From contig JBBQSO010000053.1 of NCBI GenBank assembly GCA_038213805.1, forward strand, positions 1-36,605: DNA of 36,605 nucleotides, given 5' to 3'. Below are positions 1 through 10,191 of the stretch, piece by piece; positions within the stretch are counted from its first letter, which is position 1, and every line of letters starts with the position of its first letter. This DNA comes from Planctomycetota bacterium (GTDB taxonomy: Bacteria > Planctomycetota > UBA11346). The notes under the pieces were generated by a model that ran no database searches, was not told the DNA's origin, and worked only from the letters and a program-made list of their open reading frames with translations. The translations under genes and the position numbers were made by a program.

Positions 1-1
1 G

Positions 2-619
2 GCGCTGGCCGAGCCCGATCTCAAGCACGGTCTGATCGACCGCTACCTGCTCATCGCCGCGGCCAACGACATCCCAGCGACCCTGGTGGTGACCAAGGTC
101 GACCTCGGCGATCCCGCCGTGCCGGTCGCGCTCTACCGCGGCCTGGGCGTGCCGACCTTCGCGGTGGTCGCCAACACCGGCGGTGGCGATCTCGACGCGC
201 TGCGCGATCACCTGCGCGGCAAGACCTGCGTGGTCGCCGGGCAGAGCGGCGTGGGCAAGTCGAGCCTGATCAACGCACTCTACCCGCACAGCGCCGCGCG
301 CATCGGCGTGGTCGCCGACGCTGGCCACGGCCGCCACACCACCACCAGCGCGCGCAGCTACCCGCTGGAAGGCGGCGGGCGGCTGGTCGACACGCCCGGC
401 ATCCGCGAGTGCGCGGTGAGCGGCATCACCGCGCTTGATGCGGCGCTGCTGATGCCCGACCTCGCCGCACTGCACCACGCCTGCCATTTCGCCGACTGCA
501 CGCACAGCCACGAGCCGGATTGCGCGGTGATCGCCGCGGTTGCGGACGGCCGCATCGCCGCCTCGCGCTTCGCGAGCTACCGCTCGATCGTCGCCGAGGA
601 CCTCACGGAGCAGGCGTGA
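2..619 (+). CDS. rsgA: Ribosome small subunit-dependent GTPase A (5' truncated by window edge)
   Basis: Circularly permuted GTPase motifs TKVD (G4), GQSGVGKSS (G1), GRHTTT, DTPG (G3) and C-terminal zinc finger [14 protein letters not shown]. Frame is open back to base 2 (LIDRYL motif). Confidence 0.95.
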   Translation, partial: ALAEPDLKHGLIDRYLLIAAANDIPATLVVTKVDLGDPAVPVALYRGLGVPTFAVVANTGGGDLDALRDHLRGKTCVVAGQSGVGKSSLINALYPHSAARIGVVADAGHGRHTTTSARSYPLEGGGRLVDTPGIRECAVSGITALDAALLMPDLAALHHACHFADCTHSHEPDCAVIAAVADGRIAASRFASYRSIVAEDLTEQA

Positions 620-672
620 GCGGGCGCGGTGCGCCCGCGGTCCGGAAGTCCGGGAGTCCGGAACTCAGGAAG
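620..672. repeat. 8-bp hairpin followed by about 4 copies of an octamer (GTCCGGAA-like)
   Basis: gcgggcgc-ggt-gcgcccgc at 620-638, then gtccggaa gtccggga gtccggaa ctcaggaa at 640-671. Confidence 0.7.
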
Positions 673-722
673 ACGACAGCCGGCCACGCGGACGCCCAGC
701 GCCCGGTCCAGGAGGAGTCGCC

Positions 723-1295
723 GTGAGCGCGGTGTGCGTGTTCTGCGGTTCGAGCGACGGGGTGCGGCCGGTCTACCTGGCGGCCGCAGCGGCGCTCGGA
801 CGCAGCCTGGCGCTGGGCGGTCACACCTTGGTCTACGGCGGCGCGCAGGTCGGGCTGATGGGCGCGGTCGCCGACGCGGCGCTGGCGCACGGCGGGCGGG
901 TGATCGGGGTGATCCCGCAGGTGCTGATCGAGATGGAGGTCGCGCACGCGCGCCTCACCGAGCTGCGCAGTGTCGCCACCATGCACGAGCGCAAGGCGCT
1001 GATGGCCGACCTCGCCGACGCCTTCATCGCCCTGCCCGGCGGCATGGGGACGCTTGAGGAGCTTGCCGAGATCCTCACCTGGGCGCAGCTCGGCCTGCAC
1101 CGCAAGCCACTCGGCCTGCTCGACACTGCCGGCTACTGGGGCGATCTGCTCGCCTTCCTGGACCACGCGCAGGCGGAGGGCTTCCTGCGCGCGGAGCACC
1201 GCGCGCTGCCACTGGTCGACGGTGATGGGGACGCGCTGCTGACGAGGCTGCTGGCCGCGACGCGAAGGGACGCTGCAGAGCCGGTCGGCCCATGA
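723..1295 (+). CDS. LOG family / TIGR00730 Rossmann-fold protein (nucleotide phosphoribohydrolase)
   Basis: CVFCGSS, LVYGG, GLMG, MHERK and PGGMGTLEE motifs. GTG start at 723 with AGGAGG about 7 nt upstream. Confidence 0.93.
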   Translation: MSAVCVFCGSSDGVRPVYLAAAAALGRSLALGGHTLVYGGAQVGLMGAVADAALAHGGRVIGVIPQVLIEMEVAHARLTELRSVATMHERKALMADLADAFIALPGGMGTLEELAEILTWAQLGLHRKPLGLLDTAGYWGDLLAFLDHAQAEGFLRAEHRALPLVDGDGDALLTRLLAATRRDAAEPVGP

Positions 1296-1675
1296 ATCCG
1301 CCCGGGCCTCGGCCGCGCCGCCTGATGTTCTTCTCCATCAGCTACGGCATCGCAATGGCGTTCGGTGCCTCCGCGCCCTGGCTACCCGAACGGATCTTCG
1401 AATTCTGCGCATCCGTGCTGATCGTCACCGCCAGCCTGTGGTGGCAGTGGCGGGACGCGCAGCGCCGACGCGTCGCCAGCGGGACCTGGATCCCCGCGCT
1501 CTTTGTCCTGATCAACCCGCTCGGGATGCTGCTCTGGCTGCTCAAGTCGCAAGGCGCCTGGGGATTGTCCGCCTTCCCACTCTACGTGCTGGCGATGGCG
1601 GGCTTCTACGTGGCCCTGTTGGGCGGTGCCATCGCGGCCACACTGATCCGGTACCCCGCCCTGCTGCATCAGTGA
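1292..1675 (+). CDS. Small integral membrane hypothetical protein (about 4 TM)
   Basis: Four hydrophobic segments; ATGA overlap with the upstream stop suggests translational coupling. Confidence 0.7.
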   Translation: MNPPGPRPRRLMFFSISYGIAMAFGASAPWLPERIFEFCASVLIVTASLWWQWRDAQRRRVASGTWIPALFVLINPLGMLLWLLKSQGAWGLSAFPLYVLAMAGFYVALLGGAIAATLIRYPALLHQ

Positions 1676-1685
1676 GCGGAGCCGG

Positions 1686-2795
1686 TCAGCGCCCGGCGGC
1701 GACCGCGGGATCGGGCGCATTGGTGACGCGTACGGCGCGCGCCTGCGCGATCAGGCTGAGTTCCGCGGCCTTGAAGATGTGGTCCTGGGTCATCGCGGTC
1801 GCGGTCCCGTCCAGGCAGTCGCGGATGAGCTGTCCGAAGAACGGGAAGCCGACCTGGCCGGTGAGGTCCAGGCGGCGCTCGCCGGCACGATCGACGATGA
1901 TGAGGTGGTCGCCGCCGGGCGCGGCGGCGACGTCGATGTACTTGCGCAACTCGATGTAGCCCTCGGTGCCGAGGATGATGGTGCGGCCGTCGCCCCAGGC
2001 GCCCAGGCCGGCCGGGGTCAGCCAGTCGACGCGGTGATAGCCGACTGCGCCGTTCGCGCCGACCACGTTGAGCTCGCCGAAGTCCTCGAGCTCGGGATGG
2101 TCGGGTGCGTGGAAGTTGCCGATCGCGCTGTGCACCACGCGCGCCTCGCTGTTGCCGGTATAAAACAGGAACTGTTCGACCTGGTGGCTGCCGATGTCGC
2201 AGAGGATGCCGCCGTAGCGCTCGCGGGTGAAGAACCAGTCCGGGCGCGAAGCAGCGTTCAGGCGGTGCGGGCCGAGGCCGATGACCTGCACGACGCGGCC
2301 GATGGCGCCCTGGCCGATGAGCGTGCCGGCGTGCACCGCGCACTCGACATGCAGGCGCTCGCTGAAGTAGACCATGTAGCGCTTGCCGGTGCGCTGCGTC
2401 GCCGCGCGCGCCTGCCACAGCTGCGGCAGGGTGGTGAAGGGGCACTTGTCGGTGAAATAGTGCTTCCCGTGCTCCATCACTGCGCAGCCAAGCGCGCCGC
2501 GCAGATCGGGGATGGCGGCGGCGGCGACCAGGCGGATGTGTGGATCCTCGAGGATTTCGGCGCGGCTGCGCGCGGCGCGCGCCTGGGGGAAAGTGGCGCG
2601 GAAGCGCTCGACCTTGGCCGGATCAGGATCGTAGACCGCGACCAGTTCGCCGCCGGCCTCAAGAAGGCCGTTGCACTGGCCATAGATGTGGCCGTGGTCG
2701 AGGGACAGCGCGGCGAAGGGGAATTCCCCGGGCCCCACCACCGGGCAGGGCTTGCCCATGGGGGCGTAGGTCATGCCATCGGAACGCTGCGTCAT
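1686..2795 (-). CDS. Gfo/Idh/MocA family oxidoreductase
   Basis: LDHGHIYG N-terminus, GKHYFTDKCP (EKP-equivalent), GGILCDIGSHQ, WGDGR, GTEGYIE. ATG at 2795 with CAGGAG upstream. The longer listed ORF reads through repeats. Confidence 0.9.
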   Translation of the reverse strand: MTQRSDGMTYAPMGKPCPVVGPGEFPFAALSLDHGHIYGQCNGLLEAGGELVAVYDPDPAKVERFRATFPQARAARSRAEILEDPHIRLVAAAAIPDLRGALGCAVMEHGKHYFTDKCPFTTLPQLWQARAATQRTGKRYMVYFSERLHVECAVHAGTLIGQGAIGRVVQVIGLGPHRLNAASRPDWFFTRERYGGILCDIGSHQVEQFLFYTGNSEARVVHSAIGNFHAPDHPELEDFGELNVVGANGAVGYHRVDWLTPAGLGAWGDGRTIILGTEGYIELRKYIDVAAAPGGDHLIIVDRAGERRLDLTGQVGFPFFGQLIRDCLDGTATAMTQDHIFKAAELSLIAQARAVRVTNAPDPAVAAGR

Positions 2796-2904
2796 TGGCC
2801 GCTCCTGGTCGCGATGGTGCGCCCCCGGAGGCGCCCCACAAGCCGGGTAGTCAGGGCGGTGTCCCCACTTCCGCGCAGATATGTGCGCGATCCGAGCCGG
2901 TGAA

Positions 2905-3025
2905 GGTTCGGAGGTCCGGAGGTCCGGAAGTCCCGTTGCATGCAGACCGGTGCGCACCGCGCGTGGGTCACAGGCTGTCGAGCCTGTCCGACTTCCGGAC
3001 TTCCGGACCTCCGGACTTCCGGACC
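2905..3025. repeat. Two oppositely oriented octamer tracts (RGTCCGGA / TCCGGACY) enclosing two small palindromes
   Basis: ggttcgga ggtccgga ggtccgga agtccc (2905-2934); tccgact tccggact tccggacc tccggact tccggacc (2987-3025); internal cggtgcgcaccg (2948-2959) and acaggct-gtcg-agcctgt (2970-2987). Confidence 0.8.
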
Positions 3026-3035
3026 CTCTCCACCC

Positions 3036-4310
3036 ATGCGCCTCGGCCCCGTATCGCTCGTCATCGCCGTCGGCGGCCTGCTCGCCAGCGCGGGCGCGGT
3101 CCGTCTCGGCTGGCTCGCCGACCCGTGGTGGCAGGTGCTGGTGACCGGCTTCGAGGCGGCGACCATCGGTGGATTGGCCGACTGGTTCGCGGTCAGCGCG
3201 CTGTTCCGCGAGATCCCCCTGCCGGGCTTGGCCCGCCACACCAACATCATCGTGCGCAACCGCGCGCGCATTTCGGACGGACTCGCCGATTTCGTGGTGC
3301 GCGACCTGCTCGATACAGAGCACCTGCGCGCCCACCTGGCGCCGCAGCCGCTGGCCCGCGAGCTGCTCGTGCGCGTCGCCACGCCGGAGCGCCGCGGCGC
3401 GCTGGTCGTGGCGCTGCGTGGCTGGCTGGGCCGCCTCGCGCCGCGCATCGCGGGCCCAGAGGTGCGTGCCCAGCTCGAGCCGCGCGTGCGCGCCTGGCTG
3501 GCGGACCCTGCCTTGGCCGCACCGCTGGCGCGCTGGCTGCACGAGGCCCTTGCCACCTCAGGTACGCAGCGCGCCTGGGATGAGATCGCTCCATACGCGC
3601 AGCGCGCGCTGGCGGACGCGGAGCTGCACGCGTGGCTGGCGGGCACGCTCAAGACGGCGGCGCGTGACTACGCCGCGCAGCGCACCATGGGCGCGGTCGG
3701 CCTGGTGCTGGGCGAGCGCCTCGGGCTGGTCGCCTACGACGGCATCGCCACGCACCTGCTGGCGCGCGGCGCGCAGGAGGTCGACGCCATGCGCAGCGAC
3801 CCCGCGCACGAACTGCGGGCCCGCTTGGAGCGCGCGCTCGGCGAGGGTGCGCTGGGGCTGGCGGGCGGCGCGGACGGCAACGGCCTGATCGCGCTGATTC
3901 AGCGCCAGCTCAGCGGCCACGCCCAGGTCGGTGAGGTGGTGGCGGGCTTGCTCCGCCGCATCGGCGGTGAGCTCGAACAGGCGCTCGCCGATCCGGCCTC
4001 TGCGCTCAGCGCACGTCTGACCGAGGTCATCGAGACCACCTGGAACGACCTGCAGACCGATCCGCTGGCACTCGCCGCCCTCGATCGCCACCTTGTCGAG
4101 GGCATCGTCGCCCTGGTAGACGGGCAGCGGCCTATGCTGCGCGCGCTCATCGTCGCCGGCCTGGCGCGGCACAGCGATACCGAACTGGTGCGGCAGATCG
4201 AAGGGCGCATCGGCGACGACCTGCAGTACATCCGGCTGAACGGCGCCGTGGTCGGCGGCGTGGTTGGGGTGGTGCTGGCGGTGGTGGGGAGGCTGCTGGC
4301 GGCCCAGTGA
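3036..4310 (+). CDS. DUF445 family membrane-anchored protein
   Basis: N-terminal EAATIGGLADWFAVSALFR..HTNII and C-terminal DLQYIRLNGAVVGG signatures. Confidence 0.92.
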   Translation: MRLGPVSLVIAVGGLLASAGAVRLGWLADPWWQVLVTGFEAATIGGLADWFAVSALFREIPLPGLARHTNIIVRNRARISDGLADFVVRDLLDTEHLRAHLAPQPLARELLVRVATPERRGALVVALRGWLGRLAPRIAGPEVRAQLEPRVRAWLADPALAAPLARWLHEALATSGTQRAWDEIAPYAQRALADAELHAWLAGTLKTAARDYAAQRTMGAVGLVLGERLGLVAYDGIATHLLARGAQEVDAMRSDPAHELRARLERALGEGALGLAGGADGNGLIALIQRQLSGHAQVGEVVAGLLRRIGGELEQALADPASALSARLTEVIETTWNDLQTDPLALAALDRHLVEGIVALVDGQRPMLRALIVAGLARHSDTELVRQIEGRIGDDLQYIRLNGAVVGGVVGVVLAVVGRLLAAQ

Positions 4311-4424
4311 TGCATCCGGCCGAAGGCAGTCCCAGTCCGGGTGGGCAGCACGAACCGCACGTGACTCCACCAGGAGCGCTTACCGTTGGTGGTCGTCGAC
4401 CGCAGCCAACCGCCGCTGCGCCGC

Positions 4425-4853
4425 CTATTTCTTCTTCTTCTTCACCGCCGGCTCCGGCCACGGCAGGCCGCCCGCGATCCACGCGCTGATCGCCGCGACC
4501 TGGTCGGCGGAGAGCTGGTCCTTGCGCTTGGGTGGCATGTTCTGGTCCTCTTTCTTGGCCAGGTATTTGATGCACTCGATCAGCAGGCTGCTCTCCGGCT
4601 TGCCGACGGTCACGACCTTGCCGTCGCGCCCGCCGGCCATCCAGGCGTCCCGCGTGTCGAGCCGCAGCTTGCCCTTCTGCTTGTCCGGCCCATGGCAGCT
4701 GACGCAGGAGTTCTCGATGATCGGCCACGCCTTGGTGAACAGTTCCTGGTCCTTGGCCGGATCCGCGGCGGCAGCGGCGAGGTGTGCGGAGGCGCTGAGC
4801 AGCAGCGCAGCACCAACCATCACGACGTGACGGGCGCGAAGATTTGAAAGCAT
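4425..4853 (-). CDS. Exported monoheme planctomycete-type cytochrome c domain protein
   Basis: Signal peptide, CVSCHG, KGKLRLDT, GKPESSLL, MPP, ISAWIAGG match the PSCyt1 pattern. Confidence 0.88.
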   Translation of the reverse strand: MLSNLRARHVVMVGAALLLSASAHLAAAAADPAKDQELFTKAWPIIENSCVSCHGPDKQKGKLRLDTRDAWMAGGRDGKVVTVGKPESSLLIECIKYLAKKEDQNMPPKRKDQLSADQVAAISAWIAGGLPWPEPAVKKKKK

Positions 4854-4954
4854 GGCGAGCTCGCTGGGTGGGCTGACGGATCCACGCAGCATCGCCGCCC
4901 CGGCCCCGCATCAAGCCCCGTGTCGCCTGGCCGCCGAAGCCCCCCGCCAACGAC

Positions 4955-4983
4955 CGGAGCCATGGGGGTCACCCATGGCTCCG
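4955..4983 (-). terminator. Perfect 12-bp hairpin just downstream of rpoD (possible terminator or stabilising stem-loop)
   Basis: cggagccatggg-ggtca-cccatggctccg, 25 nt after the rpoD stop; no clear U-tract. Confidence 0.4.
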
Positions 4984-5007
4984 ACCGCATCCGGCACGAC
5001 CTGCCGC

Positions 5008-6759
<1,752 letters not shown>

Positions 6760-6816
6760 GGGAACAGTTCTCTCAGTCGCCAGACTGGTTATGCAGATGT
6801 GAAGTACGGAGATCAG

Positions 6817-6843
6817 ATTTTAGGCCGGCAGGCGCTCCTGCAA
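6817..6843 (-). promoter_or_regulatory. Possible sigma70-type promoter for rpoD
   Basis: Minus strand TTGCAG-N15-TAAAAT about 60 nt upstream of the ATG; the spacer is short, so tentative. Confidence 0.25.
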
Positions 6844-7049
6844 GCAGTGCCTGGCGCGCCGTGACCCCTTGCGGAACGCCGGGTTGCGTCGCCCGGGCTG
6901 GCAGCCGGACGGCACTTGACGAGCGCGGACCTTGGCAAGGGAGCGGGAAAAGAGCCGGGAAGCCGCCGCAGGAGCGGTTTCCACGTCCTTTTACTCTAAC
7001 TGGCGGGGTACCGCAGGAGAGGCCGGCACGCCCAAGGGTTCGGCACGGC

Positions 7050-8993
7050 TCACTGCGGATCGGGGTGGGCACTGCCAAGCGGCCGCTCGGATTGGGACTG
7101 GCCTGAGAGATCCTTGAGGTCCCGGGTCAGGGCCAGCTTTTCGCCGCTCAGCCGGCCGACGGTGACGAAGTCGCGGGCACGCTCGGCGTCGGCGATCTCG
7201 AGGGCGAGGCGGTGGACCTGGTCCTTGAGGTGACGGCGGCGCAGCTCGCGCGCGGCGTCGGCGAGGTCCTGGGCGGGGTCGGCGACCGCCGGCACGCGCT
7301 CGGCGGTGTCGAGGCTGGCCCAGCCGTAGGCCTTGGCGTGGACCTGAGGATGGTTGCGCACCGCCGCCAGGTCGGCGAGCACGTGGATGTCAGCGGCCGG
7401 ATCGAGAAGCAGCACTCCGGCGAGCTCGTCCCAGGGCGCAGGGAAGTGGCTGGGCTCCAGACCGAGGTCGTCGGCGGCGCCCGCGCGGAGTGCCGGATGG
7501 CGCAGCAGCAGGTGGAGGGCGAGCTCTGCGGCCGGCACCAGTTCGGCGATGGGCGCGGGCGGACGGGCCGGGGCGATGCCGCTCTCGCCGGCCTCGCTGG
7601 CGGCGCGCTCCTCGGCGCGCACCGCCGCGGTCGCAGCGCTCTCGGCGGCCTTGGCGTCGGCACCGTTCAGGCGGCGTTCGAGGCGGCTGCGTTCGATACC
7701 CAGGTACTCGGCGGCGTCGCGCAGGTGCAGGGCGCGCAGTTCGGGATCCGGCATCGGGCGCAGCGCCTCAAGGATCTGGTCGGTGACGGCGACCAGCGCG
7801 CGGTTGTCGAGCTCGTACGGGCGCGGCGCGAGGGCGCGCAGCAGGTGGTCGACGTCGGCGCGGCCGCTGGCCAGAACCTGCTCCATGACCGCACGGCCGC
7901 GTTCACGCTGGGCGGGGTCGGCGAGCAATTCGGCCGGGTCGAGCTCGTCGGGCAGCACGCACACCCGCACCGGCACGCCGACCGACAGGCAGGTGCGCAC
8001 CGCCTTGATGCTGTTGGCCTGGCCGGCGCGGTCGCCGTCGAGCAGGATCAGCAGGCGGCCGGCGGTGCCGACCAGGCTACCGAGCTGGCGCGCATGTTCT
8101 GGCGTCAGCGCGGTGCCGAGCACCGCCACGCACTCGGTGAAGCCGGCCTCGTCGGCGGCCATGACGTCGGTCGGGCCTTCCATGACGATCAGGCGGCCCT
8201 GGTCGCGGCTGGCGGTGCGCGCGCGGTGCAGGTTGAAGACCGCGTTGCCCTTGTGGTAGAGCGGCGTGTCGGTGTTGGTGATGTACTTGCCGACGCCGCG
8301 CCCCTCCTCCTTGGCCTTGCGCTCGGCGGCGGGCAGCAGGCGGCCGCTGAAGGCGATCGGCGCGCCGAAGCGGTCGCAGATCGGGAACATCACGCGCTCC
8401 CAGAAGCGGTCGGCGGGGCGGCCGTTGCGGTCGACCGCCAGGTCGACGTCGAGCAGCGCGCGCGCCGCGATGCCCTTGCGGCGGGCCTCGTCAACGAGCT
8501 GGCCGTTGCCGGGCGACCAGCCGAGGCGGAAGCGCCGGCATGCTGCCGCGGACAGGGCGCGGCTGTGCAGGTAGGCGCGCGCCTCGGCGCCGTCGGGGCG
8601 TTCCCACAGCACCTGTTCGTAGAACTTCACCGCGAATTCGACCGCGGCGAGCTGGGCCTCGCGCTCGCCCTTGGGGGCGCGGCCGGCGTCGTCGCGGTAG
8701 GTCAGGGTGATGCCGGCGCGGCGCGCGAGCAGCTCGATGGCGTCCGAGAAGTCGACGCGCTCCTTCTCGCGCACCAACGTGATGGCGTCGCCGTGCGCGC
8801 CACAGCCGAAGCAGTGGTAGGTCTGCTGCTCGGGGTAGACGTACATGCTGGGGGTGCGCTCCTGGTGGAAGGCGCAGCAGCCCGAGAAGTTCGCACCCGA
8901 CTTGCGCAGCGGCGTGTATTCGCCCATCAGCTGCACCAGGTCGATGCGGCTCTTCACCATGCGCACCTGGTCTTCGCCGAGAAATCCGCTCAT
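7050..8993 (-). CDS. dnaG: DNA primase
   Basis: CHC2 zinc finger (CAFH..TPS..CFGC), RVMFPI..FSGR, KYITN, TOPRIM MEGPTDV..LGTA..DGDRAG, DP motif. Confidence 0.97.
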   Translation of the reverse strand: MSGFLGEDQVRMVKSRIDLVQLMGEYTPLRKSGANFSGCCAFHQERTPSMYVYPEQQTYHCFGCGAHGDAITLVREKERVDFSDAIELLARRAGITLTYRDDAGRAPKGEREAQLAAVEFAVKFYEQVLWERPDGAEARAYLHSRALSAAACRRFRLGWSPGNGQLVDEARRKGIAARALLDVDLAVDRNGRPADRFWERVMFPICDRFGAPIAFSGRLLPAAERKAKEEGRGVGKYITNTDTPLYHKGNAVFNLHRARTASRDQGRLIVMEGPTDVMAADEAGFTECVAVLGTALTPEHARQLGSLVGTAGRLLILLDGDRAGQANSIKAVRTCLSVGVPVRVCVLPDELDPAELLADPAQRERGRAVMEQVLASGRADVDHLLRALAPRPYELDNRALVAVTDQILEALRPMPDPELRALHLRDAAEYLGIERSRLERRLNGADAKAAESAATAAVRAEERAASEAGESGIAPARPPAPIAELVPAAELALHLLLRHPALRAGAADDLGLEPSHFPAPWDELAGVLLLDPAADIHVLADLAAVRNHPQVHAKAYGWASLDTAERVPAVADPAQDLADAARELRRRHLKDQVHRLALEIADAERARDFVTVGRLSGEKLALTRDLKDLSGQSQSERPLGSAHPDPQ

Positions 8994-9165
8994 GGGGGTG
9001 TTTTAGGCCAGGGCGGGAGAGGGGAAGGGCGGAAGAAGGCGACTCGTAAGCAGGGTGCGCGCAACCGCATCCACTTGCGCAATGGTCATGCGTCTGCGAC
9101 CCGCTTCACGTCTCCGCGCGTGCAGTCCGCTGCCGCTCTTCCGTCCTCCCCTCCACCTTCCACGT

Positions 9166-9996
9166 TCATTCCGCAACGCCCAGCGAGGGATCGATCTCGG
9201 CCTTCAGCGCCTGTTCCAATTCCGCGAGCGCCGCGCGGCGGCCGGCGTCGTCACCGGCGAGGCGGCCGGTGGTGCGGACCTTGACCACGCGCCCGTCGAA
9301 ATCCCAAAGTTCGAGCTGCGAGCCCTCGGTGCGCAGGCGCGCCAGCACGCGCTCTTCAGCGACGCGCTGGATGCGCAGCAGGGTCTGGATGCGGCCGCTG
9401 GGTCCGTTGCGGCCGGCGGGGACGACCGGGGCGGCGGTCGGGGCCTTGGCCTCGTCGAGCAGGCGCGGGATGTCGGCGCGGCAGCTGCCGCAGCCGGTTC
9501 CGGCGCCGGTGGCGTTCACCACGTCGTCGACGGTGGTGGCGGCGGTCACGGCGATGGACTGGCGGACGGTCTCTTCGGCGATGCCGAAGCAGCGGCAGAG
9601 CAGCGGGTCGAGTTCGACGTCGTGGTCGAGATCCTCGCCCTGGAAGATGGCGATCGCCGACTGCAACCCGGCCAGGCCCCACAGCTGGGGCGGCAACCGG
9701 GTCGGATCGAGGCCACCGAGATGGACGCACAGCGCGGTCACGCCGAGGGCTTTGGCCGCTTCGAGGGTCAGCCCGGTCGCCAGCTCGGTGATCGCCGACG
9801 TCGCCGCGACCTGGTCGGTGCAGTTGAAGACCTGGAACTTCGCCTGGGTGATGCGCCCGTCCGCCACCGCGATGTAGAAGCGCAGCGCGTCCCCGACCAC
9901 GATCGACCCGACATCGCCGACCGCATTGGCGTTCAACAGCTTGCCGAGGTTGCGCGGCCGCCGTGCATGGTCATCCAGGAGTTCGCTCGGCGTCAT
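9166..9996 (-). CDS. NifU-like protein (IscU-like + BFD-like [2Fe-2S] + Nfu-like domains) with degenerate scaffold cysteines
   Basis: HARRPRNLG, GDVGSIVVGDALRF, AKFQVFNC, CRCFG..TGAGTGCGSC, C-terminal Nfu-like segment LELWDFDGRVVKV. Confidence 0.85.
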   Translation of the reverse strand: MTPSELLDDHARRPRNLGKLLNANAVGDVGSIVVGDALRFYIAVADGRITQAKFQVFNCTDQVAATSAITELATGLTLEAAKALGVTALCVHLGGLDPTRLPPQLWGLAGLQSAIAIFQGEDLDHDVELDPLLCRCFGIAEETVRQSIAVTAATTVDDVVNATGAGTGCGSCRADIPRLLDEAKAPTAAPVVPAGRNGPSGRIQTLLRIQRVAEERVLARLRTEGSQLELWDFDGRVVKVRTTGRLAGDDAGRRAALAELEQALKAEIDPSLGVAE

Positions 9997-10191
9997 GGCC
10001 CGGAAGGTTGGCGCCCGCGCCCTCGACGCAAGCTGAGGCCCGCCGCGCCCCACCAGCCCAGAATCTCGGGTCTCGGGTCTCCTCGTGCCTCTTTTGCTCA
10101 CTTGCTTTGTACCGCCCTCCCCCTCGCACACCCCCGTAACCCCACCCCCTTCCTGCTTTGGCGCGCCCCAGCGCAGCATTAGATTCACCTT

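Noticed and set aside
2796..3542. 249-aa N-terminal extension of the Gfo/Idh/MocA ORF (listed as 618 aa)
   Set aside because: It overlaps DUF445 antisense and translates the octamer repeats; the RBS supports a start at 2795.
9166..9996. Nitrogen fixation locus
   Set aside because: No nifS, nifH/D/K or other nif genes, and the scaffold ligands are missing.
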